A DNA stretch of 64,000 bases, from the sequence record NC_005260.1; one strand, written 5' to 3'. Numbering within the stretch: position 1 is the first letter of the stretch; each line of letters starts with the position of its first letter. Under the pieces are notes generated by a model. That model had not been told where the DNA came from, did no database searches, and saw nothing but the letters and a program-made list of their open reading frames with translations. Positions 18,838-29,100 of the stretch are shown here, one piece after another. Both the position numbers and the translations under genes were made by a program.

Positions 18838-18992
18838 TGAGGATCAAAGTTGTTGATAATCCTAGTTAAGTGTTCTTCACCAAATCTAGCTACCAACTGA
18901 CTATACGTGACTTTGATCTCGTGGTCAATCCCTTTGTTTGATAGTACCCAGAATTCTACCTCTGGGTACACTTCGTTTATGTTATCGAACAT
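18816..18992 (-). CDS. hypothetical protein (gp45.2-like position)
   Basis: start revised to MFDNINEVYP with GGAG SD, overlapping the 46 stop. Confidence 0.6.
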   Translation of the reverse strand: MFDNINEVYPEVEFWVLSNKGIDHEIKVTYSQLVARFGEEHLTRIINNFDPHWLAWKL

Positions 18993-21300
18993 TCTCCACC
19001 ATCGTAGTAAAGCGACCTTGCTTATGCATACGAATGTGGCGATTGAAACTGTCATCCATAGCGTCTTTACGATGCGAGATAACAATTATGTTGGACTTCA
19101 TACTATCCAGCATTTTGTTGATTCCAACGATACCCATTTCATCACAGGATCCGTCGAACACTTCGTCCATGCATAGCAGGTTAATATTAACACCACTAAT
19201 CATACTGCTAACGTCGCGCCATGTAAACAACAAACTGAGGTTGATCCGTGCTTTCTCACCTTCGGAGAAGGAAGCATAACAGAAATCTTCTCTACCACGA
19301 GATTTGATTGATTCATTGAATCCTTCATCAAGCGCAAACACATAATCGGCACCCAATGCTTTCAAATACTCGTTGATCTTCTTGTTAAAGACAGGGATAT
19401 ACCGCTTAACAATGTGCGCTTTCACGCCATTATCTTTCAGCATATCAGCAACAATCGAACGGTGATGAAGTTCAAGAACAATCTTCGCGATCTCTTCCTT
19501 CAACTCATTAGCTCTTTGAATTGCTGCATCAACTTGAGAACGATCATACTCGGTAGCTTTCAAGTCGTCAATCTGTTTTTTCAAGTTTCTAGCGTTGTCA
19601 GCGGTAGTCTCATAGGACTCGGTACCAGTAGCGATACTAGCTTTCAATGCTTCCACATTCGCTTTGTATTGTGCAACATCCAGGTTGTGTTTTGCAACAC
19701 GTTCCGACTTCAACCGCTCTACCTCGTCTTCCAACTGAGACAGACGATCTTCCAGTTCGGCTTTGTTGTCTTTGAAACTGTCAATAGCCCAACGCTTCTC
19801 GTCTTCGAGAGTTCGCATATTGCGATCATACTCGATTACCTGAGTGGCGTGATTCAATCGCATTTCCTCGATCTCTCGATCAATGCGACGGATCTCGGCT
19901 TCGTGGTGTTCGCTAATCATGCGGCACTGATATGCATAATCATTCGTCTGTTTCTCGTACTCGCGACGCTTGCGCTCGTTTTCGTCAACAGTTGCCCGAT
20001 ATGTCTTGAGATCAGTTTCGTATTGCTGTTCCTGTGCAGTCAGACCGGAAATAATCTGGTCCTGCTCAGATATTTTAACATCAAAACTAGCGATCTCGTT
20101 ATCGATTTCAGCAATGCGATCATGCGAGTGATTAGAGCAATCTGTGCCGCAAGTCGGACACTCACCACCCTTCTCAAAAAATTCGCGACGTCCAACGAGC
20201 TGGCGCTTATCCAGTTCGAATGCCATCTTTAGCTGATTGGCTAGTTTCAGTTCTTCGCGAACGTTCACCACAGTCGGTTCAGACGCTTCTACATATACCG
20301 GTTCATTGGGAATAACAACGGCAGCAGTTTTAGCGATCAGATCTTCCTGAGTTGGCTTAGACTCTTCCAACATCATTTCGTCGTGAACTAACGCGCAATC
20401 GTGTGGTTGATCCAAACGCAACATAGCGATCTTGGATTGAATCTCGTCCAACTCTTCCTTGTGAGAAGATTCAAGTTCATCAATCTGTGAATTCAGATTA
20501 TCGCGTTTGTCTTCCACTTCTTGCGAGTCATCTTGTTCAAGATACACAGGCTCAACGAGAGAATCAAGCTCATTTTGATTTTTCGCGGCACTTTCCTTAA
20601 ACGCTTTCGCCTGATCTACCAGCGCACGGAAGTTCGTGGTAAACATAGCGATCATGTTATCAGTTTGTTTCTGTTGTGCTGCAATTGAAGCTTCGGCAGT
20701 TTGCTGTTCGCTTTCCGCGGAAGTCAATTTCACACGCAACAGATCAAGCTCGCCCTTCTTCTCTTTGATGATACCCTTGTTGATCTTGTCCATGTCACCG
20801 ATAACGGAAACATCCAGCAGATCTTCAACGAGTTCGCGACGCTTACCAGCAGGCAGTTCCATGAACGGCTTATAGCCAGCAGTACCAAGTACGATGATTT
20901 GTTTGAAACTATCGTAACTGATACCAAGCAGCTCAGTTTCAAAATACGATTGGTATTCAGTGGCACTAGCAACTTCTTTCAGAGGCTCGCCGTTCTTGGT
21001 GATTTTCAGAATGTTCGGTTTGATACCGCGCTCGATGTGATAGCGATCTTTACCAACGCTCAATTCTCCCTCAACATGGAGACCCTTCTTGTTCTGAGAG
21101 TTCACCAGTTGCGCTTTTGTTACATCACGAAACGCTTTGCCATAAAGCAGGAAAGTAAGTGCTTCGATAAACGTAGACTTACCAGCACCGTTAGTGCCAG
21201 TGACAAGCGTTTTCTTGTGTTCGTCAAGAGTGACGCGAACCGCCTTCGCGCCAACTGACATAATATTCTGGTATTTTACCCAGTGAAATGAAATATCCAT
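18982..21300 (-). CDS. 46: recombination endonuclease subunit gp46 (Rad50/SbcC-like)
   Basis: GTNGAGKS Walker A, CPTC zinc hook, FSEGEK signature, LLCMDEVFD. Confidence 0.96.
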   Translation of the reverse strand: MDISFHWVKYQNIMSVGAKAVRVTLDEHKKTLVTGTNGAGKSTFIEALTFLLYGKAFRDVTKAQLVNSQNKKGLHVEGELSVGKDRYHIERGIKPNILKITKNGEPLKEVASATEYQSYFETELLGISYDSFKQIIVLGTAGYKPFMELPAGKRRELVEDLLDVSVIGDMDKINKGIIKEKKGELDLLRVKLTSAESEQQTAEASIAAQQKQTDNMIAMFTTNFRALVDQAKAFKESAAKNQNELDSLVEPVYLEQDDSQEVEDKRDNLNSQIDELESSHKEELDEIQSKIAMLRLDQPHDCALVHDEMMLEESKPTQEDLIAKTAAVVIPNEPVYVEASEPTVVNVREELKLANQLKMAFELDKRQLVGRREFFEKGGECPTCGTDCSNHSHDRIAEIDNEIASFDVKISEQDQIISGLTAQEQQYETDLKTYRATVDENERKRREYEKQTNDYAYQCRMISEHHEAEIRRIDREIEEMRLNHATQVIEYDRNMRTLEDEKRWAIDSFKDNKAELEDRLSQLEDEVERLKSERVAKHNLDVAQYKANVEALKASIATGTESYETTADNARNLKKQIDDLKATEYDRSQVDAAIQRANELKEEIAKIVLELHHRSIVADMLKDNGVKAHIVKRYIPVFNKKINEYLKALGADYVFALDEGFNESIKSRGREDFCYASFSEGEKARINLSLLFTWRDVSSMISGVNINLLCMDEVFDGSCDEMGIVGINKMLDSMKSNIIVISHRKDAMDDSFNRHIRMHKQGRFTTMVENVR

Positions 21301-22328
21301 TATGCTCCCTTACCGGAGTTTGCAACTGCATATAGATCCTGAACATACGCACCAACTGACTTTTTATCGTCATCGTCCAGTGCCAGCCCAGTAACGTAGT
21401 CTTTCATTTGCTCAATGACTTTTTTCGTATCGGTGATATCCTCAACATCGGAAGAGAAATTATACACCTGCTTCTGACGGAACTCATAGCACACATTTTC
21501 GAATTGTGCCATAACTGCATCGAGCTTGTCATCGAACTCATAGATTATCAATTCTACGATCTTGCCCTTGCACTTGTCAATGACTTTGGGATCAAAATCT
21601 TTCTTGTAGTCGATTCGCAGATGCCAGATATCTGGGTTAGCGATGAATTCCAGCTCTTTTGTATCAGTATCGAACACCCAAAAGCCACGAATCTCGTTGC
21701 AATCGCCCATAGTCAGGGTATACGGTGTGCCGGTATACAACACATTGCCTTTACGGCTAGATGTGTGATAGTGGCCACTGATAACTTGCTTGTAGTTGCT
21801 CAGGAAGTCAATCGCCTCACCGGTAGACGGGATGCCCTTGTAGAACTCAAATCCGTCAAGTTCCCAGTGTCCAACGCAGTATTCGGAATCAGTAGATTCG
21901 GCGTATTTCTCGATTGCTTCTTTGTTTTCCGCGCACTTCCACGGATACAGATCCCATAGAGTATCACCAAACGCAACGGTAGTCGGCTTGTCTATGATAT
22001 GAATTCCAGGTACATCATGGAACATTTCGGTAATCGAGTTCGGCATGATCTTGTCTTTGACATGCATATCGTGGTTGCCAATCAACTTGTAGCGATCAAC
22101 GAATGCATCCTCATACATTGGATTCAAGCACTCGCGCTGAAATTTCATCGTCTCTTGAGACAACCCAGCACGGACGTCAAACCAGTCACCAGTCTGAATG
22201 TATGCAGTTATACCATGCTTCTTAGCGTAGTCGCACAAAAACTTGGAACCCAGATAGATAGCGTTTTGCATGTACTCGCTATCTTTTTGCGTCCCAACAT
22301 GCTTATCGCCTTCAATGATAAGTTTCAT
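21300..22328 (-). CDS. 47: recombination endonuclease subunit gp47 (Mre11/SbcD-like)
   Basis: GDKHVG, TGDWFD, IGNHD, GHWE, SGHYH phosphoesterase motifs; start MKLII with AAGGA SD. Confidence 0.95.
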   Translation of the reverse strand: MKLIIEGDKHVGTQKDSEYMQNAIYLGSKFLCDYAKKHGITAYIQTGDWFDVRAGLSQETMKFQRECLNPMYEDAFVDRYKLIGNHDMHVKDKIMPNSITEMFHDVPGIHIIDKPTTVAFGDTLWDLYPWKCAENKEAIEKYAESTDSEYCVGHWELDGFEFYKGIPSTGEAIDFLSNYKQVISGHYHTSSRKGNVLYTGTPYTLTMGDCNEIRGFWVFDTDTKELEFIANPDIWHLRIDYKKDFDPKVIDKCKGKIVELIIYEFDDKLDAVMAQFENVCYEFRQKQVYNFSSDVEDITDTKKVIEQMKDYVTGLALDDDDKKSVGAYVQDLYAVANSGKGA

Positions 22329-22355
22329 ATTGTTTCCTTGTGAATAAGTATAGCC

Positions 22356-22384
22356 ATGATACATCAAGATCATCAAGTAGTCAA
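22356..22384 (-). promoter_or_regulatory. sigma70-type promoter for 47-46
   Basis: TTGACT-N17-TATCAT. Confidence 0.65.
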
Positions 22385-22504
22385 CATGTGCGCAGCACTT
22401 CGAGCGCAGCGAGACAAAACAAAATCTCTTATAGATCTTTAATGAGAATCTATTTTGTCTTCCTTAAGGTAATCAATGAGTTAGCTTCGCAGTGGCAAGC
22501 CACT
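22385..22504 (+). repeat. non-coding palindromic element, copy 1 (core 22413-22493)
   Basis: 80/81 nt identical to the reverse complement of 49542-49622. Confidence 0.9.
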
Positions 22505-22512
22505 ACCATACG

Positions 22513-22534
22513 AAAAAGCCACCCGAAGGTGGCT
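22513..22534 (-). terminator. UUCG-loop terminator
   Basis: AGCCACC-TTCG-GGTGGCT-TTTT. Confidence 0.85.
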
Positions 22535-23097
22535 CAAATGTCAAGCGTCTTAGCTTTGATGTATCCAGTTTGTTCGATGTACTGTTCTAACTCTTCCTTC
22601 GTCCACCGCTCTTTGTCAAGAGAAAGCACTTCCTTGATCTTTTCCTGATACTTTGTTCCCATTGCGTCATAATCTTTACCGCATCGATTTTCATAACGCT
22701 GTCTGGCCAACGATTCATCAATAGGAAATTCTACCATAACGAAATCATATTTCAATCGCTTGTACTCAATAACAGGTTTGTGTCCGTCTAAAATAACGTA
22801 TTCATACCCCATAGACTCAAGCTGTTGTAGTGAGTGCTGCAACGCGCTGTTAAATTGTACTGCCGGAGTAGTCTCGAAACAATGGTATGTGTGATTTGAA
22901 CTCCTACATTTCTTATTTCGATCATATGCCCCGATTGCGCAGATTTTATCATTAAACTTGGTATAACTAACTGTTGTTCCTTTAGGAGAAGGACAATCAA
23001 TTTTATTTCTTGCATCCGGATTGAATTTATCTACCAGCGAATACATATAGGTAGTTTTTCCTGCACCAGGAATACCTAATAGCATTATTACTCTCAT
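22534..23097 (-). CDS. P-loop nucleotide-kinase-like protein
   Basis: LLGIPGAGKTT Walker A; VILDG; RQRYENR lid-like motif. Confidence 0.7.
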   Translation of the reverse strand: MRVIMLLGIPGAGKTTYMYSLVDKFNPDARNKIDCPSPKGTTVSYTKFNDKICAIGAYDRNKKCRSSNHTYHCFETTPAVQFNSALQHSLQQLESMGYEYVILDGHKPVIEYKRLKYDFVMVEFPIDESLARQRYENRCGKDYDAMGTKYQEKIKEVLSLDKERWTKEELEQYIEQTGYIKAKTLDI

Positions 23098-23124
23098 ATT
23101 ACCTCTTTAGTTTTTCATAACCTA

Positions 23125-23154
23125 ATTATGGCATACTTTATTTGCAAAGTAAAC
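23125..23154 (-). promoter_or_regulatory. T4-early-like promoter for the kinase gene
   Basis: GTTTAC(T)...CATAAT, 17 bp after TTTACT. Confidence 0.65.
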
Positions 23155-23156
23155 AT

Positions 23157-23176
23157 AAGGCTCCCGAAGGAGCCTT
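23157..23176 (-). terminator. UUCG-loop hairpin/terminator after the 964-aa gene
   Basis: AAGGCTCC-TTCG-GGAGCCTT. Confidence 0.7.
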
Positions 23177-23178
23177 TA

Positions 23179-26073
23179 TTACGCAAGTTCTAATCTGTGA
23201 GGTAGATATTGCAGTGCAGGCGCTGCACCCGATATCAAGTTATTATCGGTTGTTGCTGTACCAGAAGCGAATCCAGTTGCCGATATCAACTTGGGCAATT
23301 CAACCGCACCAGCGGTTTGCCATGTGTTTGCTGTTGTGTAATATTTGATTCCGAATGATCCGGTTGCACCGGCAGCGGCACCATCAAGATAATAAACAGT
23401 AACAGGTACAAACCAGATATTACCAGCAGCATCTTTGCCTAATATCAATTTGTAATATTCGGTCGGCACGGTTGCTGCTGCGACTGGGTCAACGTCACCT
23501 TGTCCACCGGTATATATATTATTCACGATAAACCCAGCGTTATTCAACGTGCTTTGTTTATTAGTTTCAAACTGAACTCCAGCAAATGCACCATCAAAGA
23601 ATGTATCATTATCCGTACCGCCCACAACAGCACCAAATTTCTGAATTAAAAACCAGAATCTAGCTCGTTTCTCTGGGTCAGTTGAACCACATCGCAACGC
23701 AATATCACTGGCTGGTAGTGTATTCACATACGATTGGAAATAGAAATCAACTACGTGCTTTGTAGGACTATAAACGTTTGTTGTATCTCTTGTAACGAAG
23801 TTCTTTGGATCACCAACTCCGGTATTAACGACTTCTGTTACAACTTTAGAACTTCCAATCTGACGAATCATCGCATAACTTGAACCTAATGAGTTGTCAT
23901 CGCCATAAATTGTATGTCCACCACCGGTATCATAAGTAACTCGAACTTTTACCTGCATATCAGCCGTAGGTGTTACAATTGATCTAGCGATGGACTGTGT
24001 GCTAAAGTTTTCCGTTGATGTTGCTGCAACTTTACCTCCATATGTACCCGGTAATCTGTTATTAGCAGAATCAACCCAGGTATATGCAAATCGTCCATTT
24101 GCCCCAAGTGAAGTAAACACATCACAAACTAACTCATACGTCTTATTTGCTTTCAGAGTAAACACACCGTTATTATTAACAACTTCTCCAATCGAAGTCA
24201 CATTAAACGCAAATGGCAAATCAAATTGTGTGTTGGTACCAGCAGCAGAATATCCAGTTGTGAATCTAGCAAGCAAGAAATCAGTTCTGTCGCCTTCTAA
24301 TATAACAGTAGATCTATTATCAACAATATTTGAACCGTCAATTTCTTCTACCAGAATCCAAGTATCACCGCCATCATTAGAGTTCTCGCCTCCAGCAACA
24401 ATATTATGATTCTGTCCGGAATAAGCACAACGAAGACTGATCATATTATTTTCTGTTGGAGTAATATATGCAATTCCAACCGGAGTATTTGTGTATGCAG
24501 TAGATCCCCAGATACTAGCGTACATCTGATCCGCTGGCCAAGACGCAGTTGTATCATTAAACACACCCCATCTAGCCCAACTTGTTCCTAATCCAGAAGC
24601 AGATATGTTATAAGTGATCTTATATGTATATCCAGATCTCAATGCAATTTGTGTTCCATTGCCTCTTGCAATATTATCGCCAACGCTTCTAACTGTCGTC
24701 AGTGATAATATCGAGTTTAATGTTTGTGCCAATGCGGTAGCAGATAATTTAGCAAACATATGTCCACGAGCTGTGCCAGTTGCAGATGATGAAGTTAATT
24801 TCCAGTATCTAGTAGCAAGCACAAACTGATAACTATTACCAATGGGTGAGGTATAAGTTGCATTGTTTGCTGGATTACTTGGGAACGTGATTGTTTCCAT
24901 TTTGCCATCATAATCTGCCCATGAGTTATCCGGACGATGTAATAGAACTTGATTCAAGTTCATATCAAAGTAAATCTTAACTCCGAATGTTGGTACACTA
25001 TACGAATTTGTCAATCTATAGCTTGTGTATGACTGATTCATATCGACTGTGCCAAGTCTTACCCATTCTTTTCCAGCATTGAATATTTGACCAGGCGACA
25101 CGTTTTTGGTACAAATATAAACTGCTTCCGCTAGTCCATATCTGACTAGATCTCCAGTATAATATTGACGGTCGATTTCAAATCCAACAATATTCAATGG
25201 CTCAAGTTTAGATAGATAATTCTGTAGACCGAATGCTGGCACATTACCAACCAACGGCATCCATTTTGTCATATCCAGTTTGATTGTGTTTGTTGAATTC
25301 AAAGTCTGAGTCGAAATAACATAGCACATATAAAGTGTAATATCAGAATCATTCAACGCAATAACATCACCGAATGTATAGTTAGTATTAACAGCGGGAA
25401 CAACTCCTCTCCACACTGGTTGATATCTACCACCATTCAGTACCGGTCTGAATGTCTGTGTGTTACCAGAACCCCACGCGAAATTCGTACCAGCGACGAT
25501 GGCCGCGTTGGCCTGCGCAATGATACCCTGATAAGATACAATCGCATTAGCATCGTATGAAAGACTGGTACTGAACACTGGTGCAGTTTTAAAGCCAGTC
25601 AGTTTTGTGAAGTAATTCAGTTCCGTAATTGCTTTGCCAACGCTAGTAATACTCGCACGATACAGATCTGTCCTGTAATAGAACATATCACCCTTGGCAA
25701 TAACACGATCTAGTAGCGGGTTAATTTCATCCCAATCCGGTACGTTAGTAATTTCTGCCGCTGTTGTTAACTCTTTCCAGTTAGTTGATAATGTACCAAC
25801 TACGAATGGAGTATCATACGGCATATCACCATTTGCGCGATATACTTTATTATCACGGTAACATAGATCGTCTTTGATCCAACTTCTTTGTTGTTTCCAA
25901 TCCGGTACGTTTGCTGTTAATGCGGCTTCTGGCAATTGTGATTCCAGAATCTTACCATCGCTATCTGTAATAACGATATGAGTGGAAGAAGCATCAGCCC
26001 AACGTCCATCATTCCACACTTTCGGAATGTTATCTTTGATTGGCTGTGTAACTAATGGTATTCTTTCTGCCAT
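23179..26073 (-). CDS. large virion fibre/adhesin-like protein (CBM5/12-like and C1q/BclA-like repeats)
   Basis: 964 aa; N-terminus paralogous to 26137-29346; own CTAAATA late box at 26100-26106. Confidence 0.65.
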   Translation of the reverse strand: MAERIPLVTQPIKDNIPKVWNDGRWADASSTHIVITDSDGKILESQLPEAALTANVPDWKQQRSWIKDDLCYRDNKVYRANGDMPYDTPFVVGTLSTNWKELTTAAEITNVPDWDEINPLLDRVIAKGDMFYYRTDLYRASITSVGKAITELNYFTKLTGFKTAPVFSTSLSYDANAIVSYQGIIAQANAAIVAGTNFAWGSGNTQTFRPVLNGGRYQPVWRGVVPAVNTNYTFGDVIALNDSDITLYMCYVISTQTLNSTNTIKLDMTKWMPLVGNVPAFGLQNYLSKLEPLNIVGFEIDRQYYTGDLVRYGLAEAVYICTKNVSPGQIFNAGKEWVRLGTVDMNQSYTSYRLTNSYSVPTFGVKIYFDMNLNQVLLHRPDNSWADYDGKMETITFPSNPANNATYTSPIGNSYQFVLATRYWKLTSSSATGTARGHMFAKLSATALAQTLNSILSLTTVRSVGDNIARGNGTQIALRSGYTYKITYNISASGLGTSWARWGVFNDTTASWPADQMYASIWGSTAYTNTPVGIAYITPTENNMISLRCAYSGQNHNIVAGGENSNDGGDTWILVEEIDGSNIVDNRSTVILEGDRTDFLLARFTTGYSAAGTNTQFDLPFAFNVTSIGEVVNNNGVFTLKANKTYELVCDVFTSLGANGRFAYTWVDSANNRLPGTYGGKVAATSTENFSTQSIARSIVTPTADMQVKVRVTYDTGGGHTIYGDDNSLGSSYAMIRQIGSSKVVTEVVNTGVGDPKNFVTRDTTNVYSPTKHVVDFYFQSYVNTLPASDIALRCGSTDPEKRARFWFLIQKFGAVVGGTDNDTFFDGAFAGVQFETNKQSTLNNAGFIVNNIYTGGQGDVDPVAAATVPTEYYKLILGKDAAGNIWFVPVTVYYLDGAAAGATGSFGIKYYTTANTWQTAGAVELPKLISATGFASGTATTDNNLISGAAPALQYLPHRLELA

Positions 26074-26099
26074 TTTGTCAATCCTCTTGTTATATTGAT

Positions 26100-26130
26100 T
26101 ATTTAGAGAAAAGCCACCCGAAGGTGGCTT
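26100..26130 (-). promoter_or_regulatory. terminator plus late promoter cassette
   Basis: AAGCCACC-TTCG-GGTGGCTT-TT then CTAAATA and leader CAATATAACAAGAGGA. Confidence 0.8.
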
Positions 26131-26136
26131 ATTATA

Positions 26137-29100
26137 TTATGACATTTTTGTGATTTTCCACCACATTCTATTAGATGATGGAGCGGCATTTGCTCCATTA
26201 CCAACGGTAACATCAATTTTTAACTTGATGTCTCCTGCGGCTGTATTTGATACCAACGCACATCCAACAGAAGCGTCGCCATCTTTCCAAGATGATGATG
26301 TAGGCCAGAAACTAATAGTTTGTATGCCTCCAGTTAATGTGGCATTACTAACACTACCTAATGTTGAGTAGTAGTATCCATCTGCAATAGATCCATTTGA
26401 CATTGCCCATTGCCATTCAAAAATATATTTCCCAGCGGGAAGAGTTAACGTTGATGTACCAACACCACTGACACCAATTGAGTCTATCAATGAACTGAAT
26501 ATTGCTGAATATCCCGTGCTTGCGCCGGTGTTGGAGAATGTTCCCATTGCCATCTTCGGACTAACATACGCGGCAACCGCTCCGCTGTTTAGTGTAGTGA
26601 CATCAAATCCAATTCCCCCTAATCCAAGCGTATTACCTCCCCCGACTGTTAGCGTCAACGGCAATGCAGGTAAAACTCCTATTTGAAGCCATACTAAGTT
26701 GTTAGTTGGTCCATTTGCAACGTAAGTTCCGGTAACGGATCCGGCTACCCAAACTCCGACATAATCTCCGATTTTAACTTGTGAACCGGGAGAAACGGAA
26801 GTAGTTCCACTCGCAAATGTTGTTGTGCTAACGAGATCAAACTTACCACCAGTGCTAAAAGAACTTTCGCCTATTTGCGGACGCATAACAACAACTGCGC
26901 CAGATGATCCGTAATTGGGAATTCTAACAGTAGACAAAATACCGTCTACGTTTATTCTTGACTGACGATCAAGAAACACGTTTGGTCCACCCATAGTAGC
27001 ATTTGGAGCTGGATTTTGTCCTTTAGTAACTACTCCCGTACTACTAGCAGCAGTCAACGGTTTCCATTCCCCAGATCCATAAAGAACATAGTCCTGTGTA
27101 TTAAGTGGAGCGGCAGCAAGAGCACCAGCTTTACCTTGAACTGTTGCGGTAGATCCCTGGAATATTGGGAATGCGCCGGCTGTTCCGGATATCTGAACAA
27201 CGGTCCACTGACTATAACCGTCGGATGTAGATGGATATGTTTTGTCGCGACTTCTAACTAACGCAATTTCCAAATTTTTCGTGGGTGTATAAATGAAATT
27301 ACCACCCTGTCCTCCGGTTGCTTGTGATGTACCGGATGCATCAGAAATTAACAACTCACCTGGATCAATATATAATCCGTCCGTGATGTTTCTCCATCTA
27401 AACGCGGCATATTCGGCTCCCGATACGTGTATAGATGTGGTAATCATATAAGTTTGATTTGCTTTTAGTTGCACTCTGTTGTTTGTGCATGTTATTCCGT
27501 AATTCTTCACGGAAACAATTGGCATCAAACTACCGGTAGTTTGAACGGTCTGAGCAACAGCAGAAATTGTACCACTAACAAAAGGAATTTCGGAACTCAA
27601 TAATTCGGCTGGATCTTTCCATTCTCCGTCACCAAACAGAATCTTTTTCTCGGCACCCGCAACAGGAGCAGCAACTACACCCGGTTTACCAGGAGTCGTA
27701 TTAGTTGCGCCTTGAAAAATAGGAAGACTACCATTAGATCCAGATATTTGCATCACGCTATATGAGCTAAACGGCTCATGCAATGCAACCGCACCTCCAG
27801 TTCGTTTCAGATAAATCGTTTCATTCACTGTTGGAGAATAAATGAATGTTGTACTAAGTGATCCAGCTTCATTTGCGGTATGTGTTACTGTTATTCCACT
27901 GAACGGAGCGGGGCCAATTAGTCCGGTTGTATTAACTGCATTATTATTTGACCATTGAAACGTTGCTGATCCTAGTGTCGATACAAGATAAACATTCGTG
28001 GAAATCAAGTATGTCTGATTTGCTTTTAAATTGATTCCGTTCGAAGTTATTGACATATCGCGTGATTGTGTTGCTGATAATGCGACAACTGTTCCGTTCG
28101 ATACGTTCGCCGCTTGTGTTAGTCTGCCCTGAATATAAGGAACATCTGATAATACACTTCCACCTCCGCTTCCAACTTTCTTCCATGTTGCACCCGTTGT
28201 TCCTTCTACAAATACGGTATTTGCGGGAATAGCCGCATTCGAGATATACAACTCTCCGTTGTTTCTAACGAGCTGCAATGCGTTGTAGGCTTGATTCGCA
28301 ACGAAGTCAGTAACAGCCCCACCTCCCAGTGCTTTCCATGTTGCACCAGTCGTTCCAACAGCCCATAACGTATTCGCAGGGATATCAGCGTTTGCGATAT
28401 AAGTGTTTCCGTCTGTGTAGACGACTACTGTATTCTTTTTATATGCGCTCGCAAATTTCCAAACGTTATAAGTTAGATCGTCTGCTTTGGAAAGATAATT
28501 ATCCAGTATAATCGGAGTATCGTTAATCAAAGGTGCCCAATATGCTGGAAGCGGAGTTGTTTCTGTTCCGATAGGAGGAGCAGATGCAGCAACACAAACG
28601 TAAAGAATATTGGATCTGGGCGTAGGGGCGATTACATCACCATAAAAGAAACCCTGACCATTAGCAGTCATCACACCTCTCCAAGCATACTGCAAATATC
28701 CGTTGAATAGAACTGGACGCCATGTAACTGCTTGACCACTCGCTCCCCACTCAAATGGAACATTACCACCAATGTTTGTGTTTGGTGTTACATAATATCC
28801 TTGCCAGCGAATAAGTTCACCGGCGGTATATGATTTGGTATACACATAAGATGGCGGCAACGTAAATCCTGTCAACTTTTCAAAATGATTAGTAGATGTT
28901 ATTTCATTTCCTACGTTATTCGCCCGAGATCTATACAGCGAACCGCTGTAATAATACATTTCTCCTTCTCGAATAGCGCGATCTATTCCAGGATTATATG
29001 CTGTCCAACTCGGAACGTTTGAAATTTCTGCCGCAGATGTAACGAGTTGCCAAGTCGCACCACCAGTAGATATTACAAATGGAGTATTCGCAGGTATATC

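Noticed and set aside
22340-22648. Short ORFs sharing QNKISYRSLMRIYFVFLKVINELASQ (also 49489-49671)
   Set aside because: Chance translations of the duplicated non-coding element; different starts and no SD
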